From an uncultured Gammaproteobacteria bacterium (GTDB taxonomy: Bacteria; Pseudomonadota; Gammaproteobacteria; Poriferisulfidales; GCA-002705445), in the NCBI GenBank assembly GCA_913065025.1, contig CAJYAP010000004.1:1-53262 (forward strand): 53,262 bases of DNA, given 5' to 3'. Shown here piece by piece: positions 30,383 to 38,440 of the stretch. The notes beneath the pieces were generated by a model that saw only the letters and a list, made by a program, of their open reading frames with translations, made no database searches and was not told the origin of the DNA. The stretch's first letter is position 1. Each line of letters starts with the position of its first letter. The position numbers were made by a program, and so were the translations under genes.

Positions 30383-30997
30383 TTATACCCCTAAATACTC
30401 CCATAAATACCAACAAACTATAGATCTATATGGCGCCCAAACTCTAGCCAAAGAAATTATCTTTTTTTGATCATCTTTATCAACTTGATAAATCTCTGAT
30501 ATTGCCCTTCTTAGTGCAATATCACCAATTGAAAAAATGTCGAGTCTTTTATAGGCAAACATTAAAAACATTTCTGAGGTCCAAGGCCCGACACCTTTTA
30601 ATTCTAATAAAAAATCTTTTGCTTCACTGTCACTCATATTTTGTACTGACTCTAATGATAATCTTTTTGTCACTATTTTTTTTGCAATTAACTTTATATA
30701 TTCATGTTTTCTTGAAGACAAACCTTGTTCTCTAGCCCATTTTAAACGAGACTGAGAAATAAAAACTAAAAAATCTTTCTTATTGTCTGAAAAAGAAGTT
30801 ATTCTTTTCCAGATTAAATCTGCAACTTTTGCTGATATTTGTTGGCCTACTATAGATTGAGCTAATTCATAGAATAGAATTTCTTCTTTTATTGCAGGTT
30901 TTAGCAAAAAAGGGCATTTTTTTGAATTATCAAGAATTATTTTTAATTTATTATCTTTTCTAGCAAGTTCTTCTAGAATTTTTTTTTGGGCAATCAA
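30383..30997 (-). CDS. DNA-3-methyladenine glycosylase II (AlkA/HhH-GPD family)
   Basis: SIVGQQIS, LKGVGPWTSEMFLMF, D in IGDIALRR, WAPYRS. Confidence 0.9.
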   Translation of the reverse strand: MIAQKKILEELARKDNKLKIILDNSKKCPFLLKPAIKEEILFYELAQSIVGQQISAKVADLIWKRITSFSDNKKDFLVFISQSRLKWAREQGLSSRKHEYIKLIAKKIVTKRLSLESVQNMSDSEAKDFLLELKGVGPWTSEMFLMFAYKRLDIFSIGDIALRRAISEIYQVDKDDQKKIISLARVWAPYRSIVCWYLWEYLGV

Positions 30998-31003
30998 TTT
31001 AAA

Positions 31004-32026
31004 TTAACTAGAAAAATTTAAACCAACAACATCATAAACTTCTTTTAAAACCTCTGTTGCTATTTTTTTTGCATCCAATGAGCCAGACTGTAATATTTTT
31101 TGTAGGTAGTCTTCGTCACTTGTTAACTTGATCATTTCATCTCTTATAGGACTAAGCTTATTTATAACTATATCTATCAAGTCTTTTTTTAGTTCTGAGA
31201 AATTTTTTCCCTGGTACCTATTAAAAACTAGTTCAAAATTTTCATCTTCGCATGCAGCATATATTGTTAATAGATTTGTTGCTTCTGGCATATTTTCTAA
31301 TTCCTTTAAAGAATTGGGTAATGGCATTGCGTCTGTTTTAGCTTTTTTTATTTTTTTTGAAATTTCATCATCACTGTCAGTGAGCATTATTCTTGAGTAT
31401 TCTGATATATCTGATTTACTCATTTTTTTAGTTCCATCTCTTAAGCTCATAATTCTTGCAGCACTCTTCATGATAATTGGTTCAGGCATTGGGAAAACAT
31501 TTTTTTTAAAATCATTATTAAATTTTTGGACTATATCTCTCGCGAGTTCTAGATGCTGCTTTTGATCTTCTCCTACCGGAACATGAGTTGCCTTATATAT
31601 CATTATGTCTGAGGCCATTAAGACTGGATAAGTAAACAAACCTACGCTAACATTTTCCTTATTTTTACCTGCCTTGTCTTTAAATTGAGTCATTCTATTT
31701 AACCAACCCATTCTTGCAACACAATTTAATATCCATGCTAACTGTAAATGTTCAGCAACTTGCGATTGATTAAAGACAATACTTTTTTTAGGGTCTATGC
31801 CAGAAGCAATGAAAGCTGCTGCAACTTCACATTTTTTTGACATCAACTCCTTTGGCTCTTGCCAAACAGTTATTGCATGGAGGTCTACAACACAAAATAA
31901 AGATTGAAATTTTTCTTGCAGGGGAACAAAGTTTTTTATTGCACCTAGATAATTACCTAAATGTAGACCTCCTGTAGGCTGAACTCCAGATAACACCCTT
32001 CTTGGAAAATCTTTATTACTACTCAT
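31004..32026 (-). CDS. trpS: Tryptophan--tRNA ligase
   Basis: SGVQPTG.LHLGNY (HIGH), [24 protein letters not shown]. Confidence 0.98.
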   Translation of the reverse strand: MSSNKDFPRRVLSGVQPTGGLHLGNYLGAIKNFVPLQEKFQSLFCVVDLHAITVWQEPKELMSKKCEVAAAFIASGIDPKKSIVFNQSQVAEHLQLAWILNCVARMGWLNRMTQFKDKAGKNKENVSVGLFTYPVLMASDIMIYKATHVPVGEDQKQHLELARDIVQKFNNDFKKNVFPMPEPIIMKSAARIMSLRDGTKKMSKSDISEYSRIMLTDSDDEISKKIKKAKTDAMPLPNSLKELENMPEATNLLTIYAACEDENFELVFNRYQGKNFSELKKDLIDIVINKLSPIRDEMIKLTSDEDYLQKILQSGSLDAKKIATEVLKEVYDVVGLNFSS

Positions 32027-32453
32027 AATCTCTAAGCATTTTTTCTACTGTTAAAGTATGTATTTCTTCGTTTTTAATCATTTCTTTGGCATATTCCTCT
32101 AAATATATACTTTTATTTTCTACTTCAATCAATAAATCTTTATAAAGAGAAACTGCTTTTCTTTCATGCTGTAAACTTTCCGCCAATAAAGAAGTGATTG
32201 AGTGCTCATTAGACTCTTCAATAATTGAAATATCCTGCGATGGATGTCCACCTAAACTTACTAATAATTCTCCAGCACTTTGCGCATGAGCTAATGACTC
32301 TGTTGATTGCTCATTAAAATATTTTATTAAACTTTCCCTGTAGGGTCCAACAACCATAAGTGCAGAATGTGTATATCTAACTACTCCAGCTAATTCATAT
32401 TTCATGATTTCATTTAACAATAAAATAACTTTTTTTCTATCTACTTTTTCCAT
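32019..32453 (-). CDS. Ferritin-like/bacterioferritin-like four-helix protein
   Basis: [28 protein letters not shown]; GGAGA SD supports the second Met (32453). Confidence 0.82.
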   Translation of the reverse strand: MEKVDRKKVILLLNEIMKYELAGVVRYTHSALMVVGPYRESLIKYFNEQSTESLAHAQSAGELLVSLGGHPSQDISIIEESNEHSITSLLAESLQHERKAVSLYKDLLIEVENKSIYLEEYAKEMIKNEEIHTLTVEKMLRDYE

Positions 32454-32527
32454 AATTATCTCCATGCCTACTTTTACTTTAAAAGATATATTTATTGTAA
32501 CAAATATGTTTATTCAAAATTACTATT

Positions 32528-32830
32528 TTATTTCTTACTAAAAATAGATTTTAGCTTACTTATTGTTTTTTTCTCCATTTTCCAAAAATATGTAAATTCT
32601 CCGAATATTACTCCGAATATTATTAGCAATGCCTGATATAAAGGTAATATTAAAATTATTCTTGTTAGCCAGTAAAAGAAACTGCCATATGCATCTTTTG
32701 TTATTAACAGTGAATTCAAAATATAATCTGCCAAAAAAAGAGAAGAAGTTCCAGTTAAGGCGAAAACAATATTTATAATAAATAATTGATAATTAGACTC
32801 AGCTTTAAAAAAACTTCTAATTTTCTCCAT
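32528..32830 (-). CDS. Small membrane protein, DUF6787-like
   Basis: IVFALTGTSS, ILPLYQ, FG.F.YFW.MEKK; start placed at MEKI. Confidence 0.65.
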   Translation of the reverse strand: MEKIRSFFKAESNYQLFIINIVFALTGTSSLFLADYILNSLLITKDAYGSFFYWLTRIILILPLYQALLIIFGVIFGEFTYFWKMEKKTISKLKSIFSKK

Positions 32831-32840
32831 GTCATTACTT

Positions 32841-33503
32841 CTATATGATTTCGTAGTGACCCAGTTTAACAAGTCTTGAAGTAAAACGGGTCTTTATTTC
32901 TTCGGATAAACAATCTATTTCCAGTGCTTTTTTCATCTTTGCAATATTATCACTTTCATGAAAGAGTAATTTTGAAATTTCATATATACTCATGGTTAAA
33001 TTTTCACGATGAATTAACCTTAAATCATCTCCTTTTTCGATTACTCCGTTTTTTATAACTTTCATATATGCTCCAAGATGGCAATAATCTGTAAAAAAAC
33101 TTAAAAAATCTTTTTTATTCATTTTGATAGCTAGCTTATAGCATGGAATCCTTGGTTGAGTAATTTGTAAAACTGTATTGGAGATCTGAAATTGGTCGCC
33201 TATGAAACATTCTTTTTCATCAAAGTTGTTAATAGTCAAATTTTCACCAATTAAACCATAGTTTTTAGAAAAATCGTTTTTTAGTAATCTTCCCCAATAA
33301 ATGTAATGATTATATGAATAAGCATATACTGCCTTATTTACACCACCATGAGATTTTAAATCGGCTTGCTTATCTCCCTCAATACCTTTTTTACTAATGC
33401 TCACTTTCCCATCTATTGGTTTTTTATATATGCTGGTATTTAGAGTTTTATTATTAAATAATATTTTTTTAGGAAGTGATATATTAATTGATAATATTTT
33501 CAT
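32841..33503 (-). CDS. MOSC-domain protein with 3-alpha domain (YiiM-like)
   Basis: GDKQAD..HGG..KAV, GENLT, QPRIPCYKL. Confidence 0.9.
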   Translation of the reverse strand: MKILSINISLPKKILFNNKTLNTSIYKKPIDGKVSISKKGIEGDKQADLKSHGGVNKAVYAYSYNHYIYWGRLLKNDFSKNYGLIGENLTINNFDEKECFIGDQFQISNTVLQITQPRIPCYKLAIKMNKKDFLSFFTDYCHLGAYMKVIKNGVIEKGDDLRLIHRENLTMSIYEISKLLFHESDNIAKMKKALEIDCLSEEIKTRFTSRLVKLGHYEII

Positions 33504-33847
33504 CTTGATAATTTACTTTTTAAATATAAAAAATAAGCAATAACTTCATAGATTATATTAAAAAATGGAAATACTAATGGACTTTTAAAAAACTTACATA
33601 AAAAATTATATTTTGGAATTTGCTTCCATATAATCAAAAAAGATTCTGCTCCAGAAATTATTTTCCCATTTTCTAATACATGCATTCTTCTATAAAGCTC
33701 GTCTTTTTTTTTATTAGTTTCACTTTCTGAATTATCATAAGTAGATATATCAACCCATTCAATTTTATCTTCTGAGTGTTTTTTGTATTCATTAATTTCA
33801 GTTCTACAAATAGAACAAGAATTATTAAAATATACTTTAGTTTTCAT
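33500..33847 (-). CDS. DUF393 / DCC1-like thiol-disulfide oxidoreductase
   Basis: YFNNSCSIC, WVDIS, RRMHV, GAESF..IW. Confidence 0.8.
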   Translation of the reverse strand: MKTKVYFNNSCSICRTEINEYKKHSEDKIEWVDISTYDNSESETNKKKDELYRRMHVLENGKIISGAESFLIIWKQIPKYNFLCKFFKSPLVFPFFNIIYEVIAYFLYLKSKLSR

Positions 33848-33867
33848 TTTTAACTTTAATTAATTTA

Positions 33868-35358
33868 TTATTCATCTTTCCAGCCAACTTTACTTAAAAA
33901 ATCTTCATACGAACCCTCGAATACTGACACTTTGTTATCATCAAAAACTATCAATTTATTTGCTATTTCTTTTAAGAAATATTCATCATGCGTAACCATC
34001 ATTACTGCACCGTCAAAAGACTTTATGGCCTCTAATAATGACTCGCACGAATCAAGATCTAAGTGATTAGTTGGCTCATCTAACATTAACAAATTTGCTG
34101 GTTTAAGCAATATTTTACCTAGCATTACTCTACTTTTCTCTCCACCAGATAAGACTTTTATTTGCTTACTAGAAAGTTTGCTTGAAAACATCATGTTTCC
34201 ACACACCCTTCTTACTTTAGTTTCTTCCAATTCTGGAACATAGCTTTGTATTTCCTGATAAACACTGTTATTAGGTTTCAACCTGTCAATATTCATCTGC
34301 CCAAAGTATCCAAACTCAGTTTTTTGATGCATATTAACCTCACCAGATTTTGGTAGTAAATCTTTTGTTATTAGTTTTAAAAGCGTTGATTTACCCTTTC
34401 CGTTTTTTCCTATTACACATATTTTATCTGTCTTTTTTATGCTAAAAGAAATATTTTTTATAAGATAATTTTCTTCGTTATAATAAAAATCAAGTTTTTT
34501 AATATTCAAAAGATTTTCTTTACTGTTATATGGCATATAATTAAATTTAAAATCTAAGTTTGCAATCGCTGCTAGTTTTTCTTTTTTTCCACTTTTTTCT
34601 AGCATTTTGACTTTTGACTGCGCTCTACTTGCCATACTTGCTTTTGACCCAAACCTTTTTATCCACTCCTCTGTCTTTTCTCTTTTCTTGCTCTCATTTA
34701 GAACTGTCTTATTATATATTTCTTCTTCTTCTAATATTTTCTCCATTACATTTTCAGTATTACCTGCTGTTTTTTTAAATACTCCTCTATGTATATTTAA
34801 TGTATGACTAATGACGCTATTCATAAAATTTCGATCATGGGTAATTAGTATTAATTCTTGACGCCAGTCGTTTAGAAATTTTTGCAACCATCTTATTGAA
34901 TGAATATCTAAATAGTTCGTAGGTTCATCTAATAAAAGCATATTTGGTTCATCAAGTAATAGCTTAGCTAGATTAATTTTTACTTGATACCCGCCAGAAA
35001 AATCTTTTGGGTCCTTCATCATTTCTTCATATGTAAATCCCAGTCCAGTTAATATTGACTCTCCTTTCCATCCTTCATATTCCCTATCGCCAGTAAGTAT
35101 GCTGCAAACTTCTTCTAGCACTGTACTATGAGTAAATTTTATGTGTTGCTCAAGATGTCCTATCTTATAACCTTTTGGGATTATTATTTCCCCGCTATCT
35201 GCTTCGAGTTGACCTAAAATTAATTTTAAAAATGTACTTTTACCTGAACCATTTCTACCGATAAACCCCACTTTTTCTTTTTTATTAATTATTACATCGA
35301 CGTCTTTAAAAATTTCTTGACCTGTAAATGATATTTCTAAACCTTGTGCTTTAATCAT
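33868..35358 (-). CDS. ABC-F family ATPase
   Basis: Two NBDs (GRNGSGKST, GKNGKGKST), LLDEPTN twice, no TM segments. Confidence 0.92.
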   Translation of the reverse strand: MIKAQGLEISFTGQEIFKDVDVIINKKEKVGFIGRNGSGKSTFLKLILGQLEADSGEIIIPKGYKIGHLEQHIKFTHSTVLEEVCSILTGDREYEGWKGESILTGLGFTYEEMMKDPKDFSGGYQVKINLAKLLLDEPNMLLLDEPTNYLDIHSIRWLQKFLNDWRQELILITHDRNFMNSVISHTLNIHRGVFKKTAGNTENVMEKILEEEEIYNKTVLNESKKREKTEEWIKRFGSKASMASRAQSKVKMLEKSGKKEKLAAIANLDFKFNYMPYNSKENLLNIKKLDFYYNEENYLIKNISFSIKKTDKICVIGKNGKGKSTLLKLITKDLLPKSGEVNMHQKTEFGYFGQMNIDRLKPNNSVYQEIQSYVPELEETKVRRVCGNMMFSSKLSSKQIKVLSGGEKSRVMLGKILLKPANLLMLDEPTNHLDLDSCESLLEAIKSFDGAVMMVTHDEYFLKEIANKLIVFDDNKVSVFEGSYEDFLSKVGWKDE

Positions 35359-35594
35359 AGGATTTTGTTAAGTAAATTTTTGAATTTGTCATTCTAATTC
35401 AATAAAATATAAATACAAATTATAATTTGATTTTAAATGAAACTGCTGAATTTATTACTTGTATTATCATCAAGTTACTGTCAAAGTAGCGCCAAATTGC
35501 GATATTGCATTTTATAAAAGATTCCCGCGTTAATTACTTAAATTATTGAATTTCACGTAATGCACATTGGTTTCTCAACAAATATGGAAGCCAA

Positions 35595-36944
35595 ATGGAT
35601 AATTTTGAAAAATTAGGACTTTGTCAGGCTCTAAATAAATCTTTAAAAAAAATAGGTTTTAAGAAACCGACACCTATACAAGCTGAAGCTATACCCTTTA
35701 TACTTGCTGGCAAAGATCTTTTAGGGTCGGCTTCCACTGGAACTGGAAAAACTGGAGCTTTTGCCATACCTGTTATTGACAGAATAATTTCTTCTAATAA
35801 GGACGAGTGCGCGCTAATTGTTACTCCTACAAGAGAATTAGCAAAACAAGTTATTAATGTTTTTAGAGATTTGTTGGGACCATCAAATTCTATTAAAGCA
35901 TGTTGTCTCATTGGAGGTGAAGCTATTGGAAAACAACTTAATCAACTAAAAAGAAATCCAAGAATTATAATTGGCACTCCAGGCCGTATAAATGACCATC
36001 TAGAGAAAAAATCCCTAAGTCTTAAAAAAACAGCTTACCTTGTTCTAGATGAGACAGATAGAATGCTTGATATGGGATTTGGTATACAAATTAATCAAAT
36101 TTTAAAATTTATGCCGCAAGAACGACAAACTTTGATGTTTTCAGCTACATTCCCTAAAAATATAATCACTTTGTCAAAAAAATATTTAAAAAACCCTGAG
36201 CGAGTTACAGTCGATGCTGAAAATACTTTATCAAAAAATATAAAACATGAAGTTATAAATATTGATAATTCTAAAAAATATAACACCTTAATAGAGCAAC
36301 TAGAGAAGCGGAAAGGCGCTGTTTTAGTTTTCGTAAAAACAAAACATAGTACTGAAAAAATTGCAAAGAATCTTAAACGAGACGGCTTTAAAGCTGATGC
36401 ATTAAACGGAGACTTAAGACAAAGTAAGCGTGATAGGATAATGAAGAATTTTAGAGAAAATAAAATTAGAGTTTTAATTGCTACAGATATAGCTTCTCGT
36501 GGATTAGATGTCCGCCATCTTCAACATGTTATTAACTTCGACCTTCCTCAGGTTGCTGAAGATTATATCCATAGAATCGGAAGAACAGCTAGAGCAGGTG
36601 CAAGCGGTGAAGCTATATGCTTTGTGTCTCCAAACGAGGGGCATCTTTGGCTAAATATTGATATGCTATTAAATCCAGACGCAAAACATAAATATTCGAC
36701 AAGAGGAAAATCGAGTAATAAATCATACAAACCAAAAAGAAAATCTAGTGGCAAGTCTTCGAATGGGAAAAATTTTGCTGACAAACCAAAAAGAAAATCT
36801 AGTGGCAAGTCTTCGAATGGGAAAAATTTTGCTGACAAACCAAAAAGAAAATCTAGTGGCAAGTCTTCTAAAAAAACCGTCCGAAGTTCTGATGCAAAAC
36901 CAAAAAAAAGATTCTATCCTGCAAAAAAGAAAACTAAAAAGTAA
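35595..36944 (+). CDS. DEAD-box RNA helicase (RhlE/SrmB-like) with basic repeat tail
   Basis: PTPIQ Q-motif, TGTGKT, PTRELA, TPGR, LDETD, SAT, RGLD, HRIGRTAR. Confidence 0.93.
   Translation: MDNFEKLGLCQALNKSLKKIGFKKPTPIQAEAIPFILAGKDLLGSASTGTGKTGAFAIPVIDRIISSNKDECALIVTPTRELAKQVINVFRDLLGPSNSIKACCLIGGEAIGKQLNQLKRNPRIIIGTPGRINDHLEKKSLSLKKTAYLVLDETDRMLDMGFGIQINQILKFMPQERQTLMFSATFPKNIITLSKKYLKNPERVTVDAENTLSKNIKHEVINIDNSKKYNTLIEQLEKRKGAVLVFVKTKHSTEKIAKNLKRDGFKADALNGDLRQSKRDRIMKNFRENKIRVLIATDIASRGLDVRHLQHVINFDLPQVAEDYIHRIGRTARAGASGEAICFVSPNEGHLWLNIDMLLNPDAKHKYSTRGKSSNKSYKPKRKSSGKSSNGKNFADKPKRKSSGKSSNGKNFADKPKRKSSGKSSKKTVRSSDAKPKKRFYPAKKKTKK
36727..36868 (+). repeat. Perfect 54-bp tandem repeat, about 2.6 copies, encoding KPKRKSSGKSSNGKNFAD
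   Basis: Units start at 36727, 36781 and 36835 (partial); identical sequence. Confidence 0.95.
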
Positions 36945-36993
36945 TAAAAAAATAATTAAGTATAAAAAACTTTATGATTGAGTGCTTAATAGT

Positions 36994-37410
36994 TTATTTT
37001 TTATTACCATTTATTAAGAAAAATATACTTAAAACAAAAATATAAATTTGCTCGCTTTTAAATAATTTTTCATTTATAAACCAGTCTGGATGCGCCAAAT
37101 AAAATGCACCAATCATTATTATGAATACAGATAATGCTGATAGCTTAGTTATATAATGGCCTAGTATTCCAGGTATAAAACTTCCTACGATTAATCCTAC
37201 GCCAGCCCCTATTTCACCGATGGTCACAAGTGATCCAATGAAGTATGGCGATATCATCCCAATACTCTCTAGCCATGAAATAAATTTTTCTGGTGGGAAT
37301 GGCAGCTTGCCAATACCATGTAACATGAATGATATACCAAGGGTCATCTGCAAAATCCATATCGTTATGCCTGTTAGTTTACCCCATGGATTGAAGCCGT
37401 TATTTTTCAT
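36994..37410 (-). CDS. DoxX family membrane protein
   Basis: FMLHGIGKL, GEIGAG.GLI, four TM helices. Confidence 0.78.
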   Translation of the reverse strand: MKNNGFNPWGKLTGITIWILQMTLGISFMLHGIGKLPFPPEKFISWLESIGMISPYFIGSLVTIGEIGAGVGLIVGSFIPGILGHYITKLSALSVFIIMIGAFYLAHPDWFINEKLFKSEQIYIFVLSIFFLINGNKK

Positions 37411-37483
37411 GTGTAAAAATCTATATCTGATTAAATTTTGTAAATATTATCATAAATTATTATTTATAATATAATTTAATTTA

Positions 37484-37705
37484 ATGTACATATATAAAAA
37501 AATTACTTTAGTCACAGGAAATTCTTCGTGGTGGAAACAAATTAAATTTAGACGCGAAAGTGCTTCTTGTTTAGCATATTATAGAAATCTTGGATGGAGA
37601 TTTATAAAAAAAGAAGTACTAAACACTGATTCTATAAATAAAGATACGAGAACTTTTAGCATCTATTATTTAAAAAAAAGACCGGAAAGCTATCTTCCGG
37701 TCTAG
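37484..37705 (+). CDS. Hypothetical protein, 73 aa
   Basis: Fills the gap between DoxX and DUF1097; plausible codon use; no family recognised. Confidence 0.55.
   Translation: MYIYKKITLVTGNSSWWKQIKFRRESASCLAYYRNLGWRFIKKEVLNTDSINKDTRTFSIYYLKKRPESYLPV
37672..37703 (-). terminator. Intrinsic terminator for the DUF1097 gene
   Basis: Minus strand AGACCGGAA-GATAGCT-TTCCGGTCT followed by a T run, 30 nt after the stop. Confidence 0.75.
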
Positions 37706-37732
37706 TTAGAGCTAACGATATAATAAACTTTC

Positions 37733-38236
37733 TTAACTTCCTATTGCCTCAGCAACTTTGCCAGATAACATTCCAAATATTGTTCCAATAATAAGTGATA
37801 TAATGATTGAGACTAAAGGATTAGTTAAAGCTATAGTACTTATCATAGGAATCATTGCTCCATCTATTGCATGAATACAGTAACCTGCCGTTACTGCGTA
37901 GCCGCATACGGCTGTTGGCGCACAACTAAACATTGGAATTTGTGTTCCAAAAATTAAAGCGAACACTGTTATTGCAATCCATATGGGCCCATTTAATGCT
38001 CCACCAATATTTATAGCTCCCGAAAGAACAAAGAAGAGTCCGGCAAGAACTGCTCCATAAATCCCTGCGGATATACCCATTTTTAATGCTGCATTATCCC
38101 CACCGTTTTTAAAGAATAGTCCCCATGCAATAAATCCTACCCAAACAATGTAATGGGTAAAAGCAGTTGCTAAAATTAAAGAGATACCCCCAAGTACTCC
38201 AACACTAAGTGACAAAGCTAAATGTTGTTTATTCAT
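37733..38236 (-). CDS. DUF1097 family membrane protein
   Basis: VWVGFIAWGLFF..GG, G.FGG.A-like GYAVTAG, GTIFGMLSGK; Gly/Ala-rich TMs. Confidence 0.75.
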   Translation of the reverse strand: MNKQHLALSLSVGVLGGISLILATAFTHYIVWVGFIAWGLFFKNGGDNAALKMGISAGIYGAVLAGLFFVLSGAINIGGALNGPIWIAITVFALIFGTQIPMFSCAPTAVCGYAVTAGYCIHAIDGAMIPMISTIALTNPLVSIIISLIIGTIFGMLSGKVAEAIGS

Positions 38237-38440
38237 AAATTTCCCCTATTTTGTTTGCCTTATTTAAAAATGTAACAATTAAAATTGTATATTTATAGTT
38301 ACAAACATGAACTAAGAAAATATTAATGTTTAATATAGATTGCTATTATATCTATGGTGGAAAGTCATGAAGGGATTTTAAATAAGAATGTTTCTTATTC
38401 TTAATAAAATAATATTAAATTTAAAAAAATTGATAGTTGT

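Noticed and set aside
36727-36868. CRISPR array or mobile repeat
   Set aside because: Head-to-tail in-frame repeats with no spacers and no cas genes
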